Below are positions 40,160 through 50,647 of a DNA stretch of 64,000 nucleotides, piece after piece. The first letter of the stretch is position 1. Each line of letters starts with the position of its first letter. Under the pieces are notes generated by a model, which saw nothing but the letters and a program-made list of their open reading frames with translations, was not told the DNA's origin and did not search any database. The position numbers and the translations under genes were made by a program. Origin of the DNA: Squalus acanthias (Eukaryota); NCBI GenBank assembly GCA_030390025.1, contig CM059432.1, positions 45,262,001 through 45,326,000 on the forward strand, written 5' to 3'.

Positions 40160-41416
40160 TTACACGGTGCTCTCATCGTGCACGCGCACGTAACGTTCTC
40201 GCCACTCTCCCGTGTTTTCATGCTTGGTGAGGCGCTTGTCTCTTTTACAATGTATGACCAATAGGTACACTACAATAAACACTTGACAGACGACTAAAAT
40301 GTGGGAGGCTATTCTGATCCATGAAGGCACTTCAATATTCGTGAACAGATTCCACCACGGTGGAACCACTATGTCCAGAATGTCTGTTCCTATTTCGACA
40401 GTTTTCTGCTCTAATGTATAAAAATGTTTCTGTGATACCGCGACGGCTTTCAGAAGTTTGGTTAAATGCTCAGGGAGAGGGGGAATGAGGTAAAAGCAGT
40501 GAACGCATCGTTCACCAAACCCCTTCTTTGCCTCCCTACTTGATCCAAAACTTCCTGCGGTGCGGTGTACAAACTTGTAACATCTTGGTCAACAGGACCT
40601 GATACAACTGTTCCGTCTTTTTGGGGCACCACTCTGGTAACCGCACCTCAGTGAGATTTAAAATCACCGAGGCCACCGCGTAATGTACCCCCTGAAATAG
40701 TATCTGGTCTGTGGGGACCAGTACCAAACCGTTCCCGGGTCCCTTACTAGTTTTAGGGCACCCTTCTTCCTCAGCTAGAACCACCGGAATCGTGGGCGGG
40801 GCTTTGCGTGGGCGCGTAATGAGCTCAGTGGCATTTACTGGGATCGGGGAGAATGGGGCTCCGCACCCCCTGGTGCTCGCATCCCACCTCATCCCCTGTC
40901 CGTTATCCTGCCATTGATTACATAAATCCCCTCATCCGGTTCCCACCATTTGTCCCAACAGACTTTCACTTGTCCGTCTGTCCCCGTAATTGTCCGATGG
41001 GTATTATTACCCAGTCGTTCCCACTCGACCGAAGAGTTTCTCATAGTTTTGCTCAGCTTTCGCAGCCACCACCATCGGCTCAATGGGACATTCCCACTAC
41101 AGGTCAAACAAATCCGTTTGCCGACGGTGACGCTGATCCTGGGTGCGATGATCCTTACTTTGGGGCACATTAAAGAAGTCTCTTTGTAGGCAAACCCCGA
41201 TGTGCTGGAATACTCCGTTGAGTTCGTTCCCAGCCATCCTGGCCACCTTCCCTTGTGGAAATAGGTGCTGGTCCCCTCTGCCTTCCGTCTTCCGGTCCCA
41301 TCCACCGCGATGGGGGCCGTGTCCCCGGAACATCCAAACACCACGACATCCTTGGTGTGGCCTCGATAGGCCAATCCACATCCGATTGCCACGAGCAATA
41401 CTAGAATTCGTTCCAT
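40160..41416 (-). pseudogene. env: Envelope glycoprotein remnant (signal peptide, Ig-like domain, furin site, fusion peptide, TM); two frameshifts and an internal deletion
   Basis: MERILVLLVAIGCGLAY signal; N-glycosylation sequons NST, NSS, NNT, NAT, NLT; RQRR|GLVNDAFTAF at 40533-40492; PPWWNLF followed by ILVVCQVFIVVYLLVIHC and a basic tail; located just before the PPT. Confidence 0.8.
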
Positions 41417-41589
41417 CCTTCCTTGGTTCCTGTGATCAGATAGAATGAGGTAGCCAGCCTCGCAAAAGTCTCTGGCTTTTGTGAAGGGTGAGCGGGTCCC
41501 CTGACCTCGCCTCACGTAAACTTCAACGTTTGCTGCATAGACTTCCTCTAAACCTAGCCTTAAAACTCCCATCATTTTATCGTTTTCTG

Positions 41590-41700
41590 TTAAAAAACAC
41601 TACAAACTTAGCCTTATTAAAACTTAAAACTTAACCTTGACACTACAAACTTAAACTTAACCTTGAACTATAAACTTAAAACTTAAAACTAATAACTTTA
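41590..41700. repeat. Imperfect AAACTT(A)-based tandem repeat between ORF-X and env
   Basis: Repeated AAACTTA / AACCTTGA units. Confidence 0.8.
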
Positions 41701-41729
41701 CAGTGCCGCCCGTTCTCAGGGCGGCCCCT

Positions 41730-42839
41730 TTAAACTCTGAGAAGGCTGCTGCGAGCTCTTCCCGACGGTGGGAGGGCACTGACCCTTCCCTCTGATCTGC
41801 CGCAGCCTGTTACTGCTGCGATGTGGCCTGTCTGTACCCGGGTTATCTTAACCTGAAGTCTACGCCTTGGGGCAGTCTGGGGACATGACCACATCCTCCT
41901 GGGCTGGGGTTCTCTACTTGACCTACGGGGAGTTGCTATGGGCGGGGGTTCCGTGACGGACGGACCGGGTTCCGAGACCTCCAACGGGATGACCTGGGGT
42001 TCCATCACAGTCGCCGGCTCCGCCTCCGCTGACTCCGCCTCCCTAACCTCGGGGCTGGCAGTTCGTGGCTCCGCCCTGCTCGGCCCAGCAGGCGGCCCTT
42101 CACTCGTGATCTCTGCCTCCCCTGAGGACTGGACGTTCAAAGCGGGCGGCCACATCTCTGGGAGCCACATTGGTACTCTCTGTGCTCCTATAGCGGCTGG
42201 CCCTGCCTCCTCTAGCTCCTCCCTCCTGTCCTCGGGACCTGCAGCTTGTGTGTCCACCCTGTGTGGATCTCTACCTATAGGCCCCATTCCCCCCAGACCG
42301 TTCCTCAGGAACCACCCGTCATCATCACTATGCTCATCTGCACTATCCTCATCTGACCAGGGTACCCTGGGTTCTTCCTCATCTAACCCCCAACTCCAGA
42401 AAAACGCTGCATGATCGTCCGGGATGTCCCTTCCCCTGATGCAAGCTGCTATGCCTGCCTGTGTGCCTTGTGGTCCTACCTGGGGCTGTGCTTTCCCACT
42501 GGCGGGGTTTACCCCTGTAGTTTTCCCTTGCGCACCTGGCTGGTACAGTTTGCATTGGTTTACATCCTCATACTCCCGGCTTTTGGCTACCCTGTAGGCT
42601 GCTTTTATCTCACTAAGCTGCGCTTCTAGCCTGAGCACGTCTAACTTTCCCATTGATCGGGCGTTCTCCTCCCGCAGGGTCTGCTCTCTAAGCTGCCCTT
42701 CCAGCCCATCTATTTTCCCTATTAAGCGGGCGTTCTCCTCCCGCAGGGCCTGCTCTTTTAACCTGGCCTCCTCACCGCAGACCCCCTCCTGTGCGTGTCT
42801 TTTAAAAGGACACAGGTAGGCAGGCTGCGTGGGCTCTAG
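41730..42839 (-). CDS. ORF-X: 369-codon frame continuous with gag after its stop; coiled-coil repeat, acidic patch, Pro/Glu-rich region; function unknown
   Basis: Manual translation shows no stop from 42839 (LEPTQPAYLCPFKR...) into track ORF 41730-42653; no protease, RT, RNase H or integrase motifs. Confidence 0.65.
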   Translation of the reverse strand, partial: LEPTQPAYLCPFKRHAQEGVCGEEARLKEQALREENARLIGKIDGLEGQLREQTLREENARSMGKLDVLRLEAQLSEIKAAYRVAKSREYEDVNQCKLYQPGAQGKTTGVNPASGKAQPQVGPQGTQAGIAACIRGRDIPDDHAAFFWSWGLDEEEPRVPWSDEDSADEHSDDDGWFLRNGLGGMGPIGRDPHRVDTQAAGPEDRREELEEAGPAAIGAQRVPMWLPEMWPPALNVQSSGEAEITSEGPPAGPSRAEPRTASPEVREAESAEAEPATVMEPQVIPLEVSEPGPSVTEPPPIATPRRSSREPQPRRMWSCPQTAPRRRLQVKITRVQTGHIAAVTGCGRSEGRVSALPPSGRARSSLLRV

Positions 42840-44651
42840 TCATTGGGTACTATTAGACGGTCCTGCGGCACCTACGGGGCCGGTTGCGACCGCCACCTGT
42901 CCACGCGCATTCAAAACCAGCTTGCGCATGGCTCCTAACACTGCTTCGAGGTCGTCGGGAGGGGTGGGTGCCTTGGCTTCCTTAGCCGGGACAGGCGCCT
43001 GGGCTCGGACCGCGGGATTTTTATCCTTGGAATCCTTCCAAGGGTTCCTGCAGTGCTTGCGCCAGTGCCCTGTCTTCCCACACCCGTAACAAGCATTACT
43101 GGCTTGTGGGACGCGATTTCCCTCCTGATGCCACTCCTTTTGAGCCGGGGCTGCGGGTCGTACCTCATGTACTCTTCCCTTAAAGGGACGTGTCGTCATA
43201 CCCCTTATATTACGATAACCTAACGTGAGTCGATTCAAGACCGACTCTTCCGTAAGGTTGAGGTCATTGGGATCGAACCAGGCTTTTGCCTGCTCTCTAA
43301 CGGCTGGTAAACTGTTGGCTATTATGCACCTAAGCCAATGAGTTAGAGCGGCGCCTTCCACATCTTCGCGCTCGGGCGCACCTAGACAGCTGCGCTCATA
43401 TACTGGCCACAGCCTGTCGGCAAAAACCTTCGGGGGTTCTCCCTCCATCTGCACTGTCTGTCCCACTCTAGCAAACGGACCTCCGTCGTTCGCCCCCAAC
43501 ACTTCTAGGACCTCATTTTTTAATTCCTCATAACTTTTGTTTCCCCTCTTGCTCTCGCCTGAGAGACACTGAAGGACCGAGCTGTCTAATGAGAACAGCA
43601 GCATTTTTGCTGTCTCCCCATCATCGCAGCCGTTAATGGCTGCGGCTTGCTCAACTTCCCTGAAATGTACGGAAGGGTCGTCTATCTCGGTCAGCTTCCG
43701 TACGTGATTTATCATAGCTCTCAGCTGATGTGAACTGTGAGGCAACACCAGCTGTCCGAGGAGATCCCCCGGTTCTTCCCCACCGTTTCTGCTTGGGCCC
43801 CTTTTAATACCCGTTACTGGATACAACGATCCCTTTTCTGCTTCCTTTTCAATGGGCTTTTTCGTTTCTTCCATTGCTTCCTCCCTAACCCAGGTTTCTG
43901 AATAGCTGGGTGGCGCGGAGGGCGCAGTGGCTACTACTTCTTCTGCTTTACTTGGTGGGGATTTTCTAAATCTCTCATTTACTAGCGGCTGGTGCGCCGA
44001 CGGATTGATAAGGCACACCATGCCGTTCGCATTGTTCACGGCCTTTTTGAGGCTCTCTATCTCCCTTTGGCAGGCGCTATGGTCGGCTCCCTGAAACTTA
44101 TCCTCAAGGGCCAACTTATACGCCGACCTAACCCCCATTAAGCTCTCTTCTTGAGTTCTTATCTGGGCAGCTTGGCGGTTACATCTTTCCTTTAACCTGC
44201 TCTCATTCAATTTTGCCTCAGTGACCTGGCACTTGAGATAATCTATCCTTGTCTTAAGGTGACTGGAGACTTCCTGGCTTTCCTGGTGTAACTCATTTAA
44301 ATTCTTAATGAGCACCTCCCCTCCAGAAACCTTCTCCTCCATTTCTCCCTCTAAATGACTGATTCGAGCTGTTAGCGCTGTAATGGTCTGGTTTGAAATC
44401 TGAACCTGCCTTTTGTAGCACATAAGCCAGACTGCTTTCTCAACTGTCTTTTTATGTTCCTTACTATCTGTCCACCTTTCAGCTGCCTCTAGTGGGCTCT
44501 TATCCGCTAACAATTCACTTATCCACTTCTTAGTTAGATTAACCTTTCCAAACACATAATCCGCTATCTTTTCCTGCATAACATTTCGTACAGTCATTCC
44601 AAAATCTAACACACTACCCTCTCGCTGCCAGTGTCCTGCCGCGGTCGCCAT
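42840..44651 (-). CDS. gag: Gag polyprotein (~603 aa from the ATG at 44651)
   Basis: Intact ORF directly after 5' LTR/PBS; N-terminal coiled coil; PSAPPSY; capsid-like helical region; CYGCGKTGHWRKHC CCHC knuckle at 43050-43091. Confidence 0.92.
   Translation of the reverse strand: MATAAGHWQREGSVLDFGMTVRNVMQEKIADYVFGKVNLTKKWISELLADKSPLEAAERWTDSKEHKKTVEKAVWLMCYKRQVQISNQTITALTARISHLEGEMEEKVSGGEVLIKNLNELHQESQEVSSHLKTRIDYLKCQVTEAKLNESRLKERCNRQAAQIRTQEESLMGVRSAYKLALEDKFQGADHSACQREIESLKKAVNNANGMVCLINPSAHQPLVNERFRKSPPSKAEEVVATAPSAPPSYSETWVREEAMEETKKPIEKEAEKGSLYPVTGIKRGPSRNGGEEPGDLLGQLVLPHSSHQLRAMINHVRKLTEIDDPSVHFREVEQAAAINGCDDGETAKMLLFSLDSSVLQCLSGESKRGNKSYEELKNEVLEVLGANDGGPFARVGQTVQMEGEPPKVFADRLWPVYERSCLGAPEREDVEGAALTHWLRCIIANSLPAVREQAKAWFDPNDLNLTEESVLNRLTLGYRNIRGMTTRPFKGRVHEVRPAAPAQKEWHQEGNRVPQASNACYGCGKTGHWRKHCRNPWKDSKDKNPAVRAQAPVPAKEAKAPTPPDDLEAVLGAMRKLVLNARGQVAVATGPVGAAGPSNSTQ
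44633..44650 (-). promoter_or_regulatory. Primer binding site, tRNA-Arg(TCG)-type
   Basis: Minus strand TGGCGACCGCGGCAGGAC, 5 nt after the 5' LTR; complementary to the 3' 18 nt (GTCCTGCCGCGGTCGCCA) of vertebrate tRNA-Arg(TCG), recalled from memory. Confidence 0.85.
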
Positions 44652-44655
44652 TTTC

Positions 44656-46322
44656 TGGAAGGGATTCCTGACCCTGCGTGTCTCGCAGCCTGTGAGATTC
44701 ACGCGGCTCTGTGCAGCCTGTATGTCAGTGCGGGTCTAGGCCTGGTTGCCTGTTCTGGTCTCCAGCCAGTCTGGGAACACTAGACACACCTGTGAGTGGT
44801 TCGAATCACTCTCCCTTACGGTTCTAGACACTGGACTTAGATGCGAGAGCAGTAATGGAGATAAAACTCATGTAGACTCGGTTTGAATGGTACGAAATGG
44901 AAAATCTTTATTGCATGATACTTAAAATTATGAAATACATGTCATAAGCACAGATTAATGACAGTACAATCTTACAAACAGTCATATAGTCGATCTTAGG
45001 GAAACGAGGAACGAACGGCACAAAGTAAATAGGGGCACACATTACAAATATCCTTAATCCTTAAACCCTCCCCTATCAATATCTATCCTAAACTAGATTC
45101 GTAGGATCTCGAGACTCATGCTCACCACTCGTGATAACTCGGAGAAATTCCGAATAGCTGATCGGATGTTTTTCACCGCAGCACCCACGTGTCGGTCAGG
45201 AGATCTCCTGGTCCCACTTGTTTACTTGCTTCTGCTGCTTCGGCTAGTAGGCTGGACCGTCTGCTGTGATGAAGACCTCTGTTGGTGGGTTTCACAGATC
45301 AGTCAATATCTCAAAGGAGAATCTTCCGGGGTCCGTTCTTTAAAGTTCAAAGAAGTCTTCCTGGCAAGGAGAAACTTGGCTGATCGACCTACAGGCGCGG
45401 TCGGGATTTACTGACCGTGGCGATGGATATGGTCTTCTTCTCTTCTCCTCTCATCTCATCTCATCTCATCTCATCTCGGGCCTTTGGTTCCGCTGCCAGT
45501 TACCAACATAGGTCTTCGTTACGCGACACGAGGTAGATCCGAACGGATCAGAAAGTTCAACAGTCTTTTCAGAAGAGGCAACAGGCAAGCAGAAGCCCAA
45601 CTACGAGTACACAGGAGCAGCCACGAGGTTACGAATCGACCGGATAAAACACAGGAGCAAGCGAGCGAACGCAGGAGCAAGAGCAAGAGAGAGAATGGAC
45701 GGTTTGGAGCCTGCAATTATAGTGCAAAAATCTTCCGTTTCCCACCCAACTATAATGTCCATTCTTTTGTTTAGGGTTTGGCGCCCAAATGTCTTGTATG
45801 GGTGATCTCCGTTCTTAATGGGTTTCGGGGCTACTCATGAATGTTTGAGTACCTGTTAATATTTCTCCCATTGTTAAATCGGTCGGTGTTCTCCCTGGAG
45901 GGGTTTGGGGCTTCCAAGTGTCCTGTATAACTACCTGCTAACGGCTCTCTCATCGTAGAGTCGTTGGGAGTTTACATATTAATGTCCTTTGGATGGGCCC
46001 TTGAGTACTCGGTACAATGGCTTTCCTTTGTACCTGGGAGACCGATTCCAGTATCTATGTTTATACTGCAAACCCATAATGTCTCGTGTATTATCTTCAC
46101 TGTGCTGAATCGTTATCGATCTTGCACAAATGTTTAATGGAACGCCATCTTGTCTGCCTGTTGAAAAGTCTAGAATGTTCTGTCACGAGGTGCGGCGGCC
46201 ATTTTACAGGCTGCTTGTGTCCAATTTAAACCTGCCAGCATTCTGCTGAAATAAAAGCTGTTTGAACGAAACTTTGTGTTTTCTCCTTATTAATCAAATC
46301 GCGATATATTGCGAATTCTACA
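44656..46322 (-). repeat. 5' LTR (1,667 bp)
   Basis: Near-identical to 38067-39733; putative minus-strand TATAAT at 45716-45721 with a GC/GT box ~25 nt upstream. Confidence 0.97.
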
Positions 46323-49300
46323 AGACTCCTCCATCAACATCCCTGGGTATGTCCTGTGATGACGGCACAGGGTGTGTCCCTGGAAGTCCTCAACATTGAC
46401 TCCGGACCCCATGAAGTCTCATGGCATCAGATCAAACATGGGCAGGGAAACCTCCTGCTGATTACCACCTACCACCCTCCCTCAGCTGATGAATCAGTAC
46501 TCCTCCGTGTTGAACACCACTTGGAAGAAGCACTGAGGCAAGGGCACAGAACGTACTCTGGGTGGGAGGACTTCAATGTGCATCATCAAGAGTGGCTCGC
46601 TAACACCACTACTGACCGAGCTGGCTAAGTCCTGAAGGATATAGTTGCCAGACTGGGCCTGTGGCAGGCGGTGAGAGAACCAACACAAGGGAACTAGACC
46701 TTATCCTCACCAATCTACCTGTCACAGATGCATCTGTCCATGACAATATTGGTAGGAGTGACCAACACACCGTCCTTGTGGAGTCGAAGTCCCGTCTTCA
46801 CACTGAGGACACACTCCATCGTATTGTGTGGCACTACTACTGTGCTAAATGGGATTGATTCATAATAGATCTAGCAGCTCAAAACTGGGCATCCATCAGG
46901 CACTGTGGGCCATCAGCAGCAGCAGAATTGTATTCCACCACAATCTGTAACCTCATGGCCCGGCATATCCCTCACTCTACCATTACTATCAAGCCAGGGG
47001 ACCAACTGTGGTTCAATGAAGAGTGTAGAAGAGCTTGCCAGGAGCAGCACCAGGCGTACCTAAAACTGAAGCTACAACACAGGAATACATACATGCTAAA
47101 CAGCATGCTATAGACAGAGCAAAGCGATCCCCCCACCAATAGATCAGATCAAAGCTTTGCAGTCCTGCCACATCAAATCATGAATGGTGGTGGAAAATTA
47201 AAGAACTAACGGGAGGCGGAGGCTCCATGAATATCCCCATCCTCAATGATGGGGGAGCCCAGCACGTGAATGCAAAAGACAAGGCTGAAGCATTCACAAC
47301 CATCTTCAGCCAGAAGTGCCGAATAGATAATCTATCTCAGCCTCCTCCTGAGGTCCCCACCATCACAGAAGCCAGTCTTCAGCCAATTTGATTCATTCCA
47401 TGTGCTATCAAGAAACGGCTGAGCGCACTGGATACAGCAAAGGCTATGGGCCCCAACAACATCCCGGTTGTCATGCTGAAGACTTGTGCTCCAGAACTAG
47501 CCGCACTTCTAGCCAAGTTGCTCCAGTACAGGTACAACACTGGCATCTACCCGACAATGTGGAAAATTGCCCAGGTATGTTCCGTCCACAGAAAGCAGGA
47601 CAAATCCAATCTGGCAAATTACCACCCCATCAGTCTACTCTCAATCATCAGCAAAGTGATGGAAGGTGTCGTTGACAGTGCTATCAAGCAGCACTTACTC
47701 ACCAAAGCTCACCAATGCTCAGTTTGAGTTCCGCCAAGACCACTCGGCTCCAGACCACATTACAGCCTTGGTCCAAACATGGACAATAGAGCTGAATTCC
47801 AGAGATGAGGTGAGAGTGACTGTCCTTGACATCAAGGCAGCATTTGACCGAGTGTAGCATCAAGGAGCCCTAGTAAAATTGAAGTCAATGGGAATCGGGG
47901 GAAAACTCTACACTGGCTGGAGTCATACCTAGCACAAAGGAAGATGGTTGTGGTTGTTGGAGGCCAATCATCACAGCTCCAGGACATCAGTGCAGGAGTT
48001 CCTCAGAGCAGTGTCCAGGCCCAACCATCTTCAGTTGCTTCATCAATGACCTTCCCTCCATCATAAGGTCAGAAGTGGGGATGTTCGCTGATGATTGCAC
48101 AGTGTTCAGTTGCATTTGCAACTCTCAGATAATGAAGCAGTCCGTGCCCGCATGCAGCAAGATCTGGATGACATTCAGGCTTGGGCTGATAAGTGGCAGG
48201 TAACATTCGTACCACACAAGTGCCAGGCAATGACTATCTCTAACAACAGAGAGTCTAACCACTTCCCCTTGACATTCAACGGCATTACCATCGGCGAATC
48301 CCCCACCATCAACATCCCGGGGGTCACCATTGACCAGAAACTTAACTGGACCAACCACATAAATACTGTGGCTACAAGAGCAGGTCAGAGACTGGTTATT
48401 CTGCGGCAAGTAACTCACCTCCTGACTCTCCAAAGCCTTTCCACCATCTACAAGACACAGGTCAGGAGTGTGATGGAATACTCTCCACTTGCCCGCATGA
48501 GTGCTGCTCCAACAACTCTCAAGAATCTCAACACCATCCAGGACAAAGCAGCCCACTTGAATGGCACCCCATCCACCACCCCAAACATTCATTCCCTCCA
48601 CCACTGGCACACTGTGGCTGCAGTGTGTACCATACAAGATGCACTGCAGCAACTCGCCAAGGATTCTTCAACAGCATCTCCCAAACTCGTGACCTCTACC
48701 AGCTAGAAGGACAAGGGCAGCAGGCACATGGGAACACCATCACTTCCAAGTTCGCCTCCAAGTCACACAGCATCCTGACTTGGAAATATATCGCCATTCC
48801 TTCATCGTCGCTGTGTCAAAATCCTGGAACTCCCTCCCTAACAGCACTGTGGGAGTACCTTCACCACACGGACTGCAGCGCTTCAAGAAGGTGGCTTACC
48901 AATGCCTTCTCAAAGGCAATTAGGGATGGGCAATAAATGCTGGTGGTGCCAGCGATGCCCTCATCTCATCAACGAATAAAAAAGACATAAAAGTCAATGT
49001 TGCAGCATTATTTAAAATGTTTGCTTGTGTATGCAATGTACCCCATCACTCATTTAATTACTTGTTTTAATTACAAACTCTCTTCCATATAGCATTTTTA
49101 ACAGCTGCCAATGGATAGCCGACAGCAATTCCAAGAACTTCCATTTACGATAAAGATATTGTGAAATTATTTTTATATACAAATTACCTGCACTTGTTAA
49201 TCCTGTACATGTTAATCCTTTAAATGTAAATTTGTATTTACAGGGACAGTTGCTTGGAGTGTGGCAAAGTATTCAGCATATGTACAAACAGGGAAATAAT

Positions 49301-50647
49301 AAACCGTGGTTCAGCGCCACTGAAAACAACAGTGCTGGGAAGTCAAAACAGCTTCAATGGGAATTGAATAAAATTAAACGTCATTATTGACTGTAAATAG
49401 GCCAGTATATAGTGTTGTTCCTTATCAGATACAACCTTACTCCACTCTTTGTTATTAGTTCAAGAACACAAATGACAAAAAAATGAGAATTAGTGGTGGT
49501 GAAAAGCCTTGATCTATGTTTACTGCATATTATAACAAACTCACATTACACATTGCATGTTAATCCACACCCCAGCTCCCCCCTCCCCCAAGTGAGACAG
49601 TAATTAGGTGTGATATCACTATGCATCCTTGTTAAAATAGAGCTTATTTGTGATCAAATACTGCACACAACTATGGTTCCGTGCTTTTGGGGCTAGGAGC
49701 AAAATGTTATCTATTTGGGCAGTGGGCCAGAGCTGAAAAGCAGCAATGTGACAAAATGAATATTCTGTAATTTTACTTCATTACCTTTGAAAATTAAGAG
49801 ATGAAATGCATGAGGTAGAATCTATGGTTTATTATATGTGGTCTGTGAAAGGAGCAGGCTTGATGGGCCGAATGACTTTTTCTTGCTCCAATCTTTCTTG
49901 TGTACTAATTTATTCCTGTTCGCTGAATAACATCCAACCATTCAGCCATTGCTGTAAAAGTCCAACCATGATTCAAGGCAATTTACCCCTGTGATGAAGG
50001 AATGGTAGTATCTCAGTGCCTGACCTATTAGGCAAGCACAATGTTTTTCAGACACTATTCAGCTATCAGAGGCACCGGACAATACAAGATAATAAGTGAG
50101 AAATGTGTGTCATTACTCAAGCTACCCATAGGAGACTTTCAACAGCAACCATTGACAAGTTGTTCGATATATGAGGTTCAATGTCAGACAGGTATTCCCT
50201 GCAGTCAAGCAAAAACACCTGACATTAAAGGGTTTATAGCTGATTACATTTCCTCCATTTTCAACAGATAACACCTCAGTTCTCTTTTGAAGGCTTTTTT
50301 TTAGCTTCACAGCAAAAGCAAGGAAATAGCTCAGATCAAATTATCATTTGTCTCTGGTAGTGGAGCCTATATTACTCCAAACATTTTCTTGCCATATATT
50401 TTCTTTCCCTATGATGTTTTCAAGTTATTTTCCCTTTGTGAAATTAAGAGGAATTTTGGTGAGGTATGGGGGCAACAGACCAGTTAGCTTGCCCAATCTC
50501 TTTTTTGGGTACATCTAGCTGGTGAAACATTCCTTGTTTGTGAATGACGAAGTTGCCCCCATATAGCTTGTGTGATCCTCTGCCACCTCCTTATATAATC
50601 TCTGTGTACCCCACCATCCAATTAGTGTCTGGTAATCTGAGCTAGGT

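Larger units (their letters stand above)
38067..46322 (-). mobile_element. Endogenous retrovirus-like LTR element (LTR-gag-ORFX-env remnant-LTR; no pol)
   Basis: TG...CA termini; 4-bp TSD AGAC at 38063-38066 and 46323-46326; paired LTRs, PBS, PPT, gag, env remnants. Confidence 0.95.
37197..48983 (+). mobile_element. Near full-length decayed LINE family B (APE + RT), split by the LTR element and by an antisense SINE-like copy
   Basis: LLTNIWGL, ILTETYLSANVPD|SSINIPGY (joined across the LTR element), DFNVHH, IGRSDQH, MGPNNIP, NYHPISLLS, DIKAAFDRV, MFADD; ends AATAAAAAA at ~48983. Confidence 0.85.

Noticed and set aside
39976..40221. 81-aa ORF with a hydrophobic stretch after env
   Set aside because: Hydrophobicity follows from a U-rich 3' UTR-like tract and the ORF overlaps the env tail; an accessory protein cannot be supported
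41590..41700. CRISPR-like or telomeric array
   Set aside because: Short degenerate AT-rich units without unique spacers, not TTAGGG; eukaryotic context
41730..42839. Possible pol gene
   Set aside because: No D(S/T)G protease, YxDD RT, RNase H or HHCC/DDE integrase motifs seen, and the interval is too short
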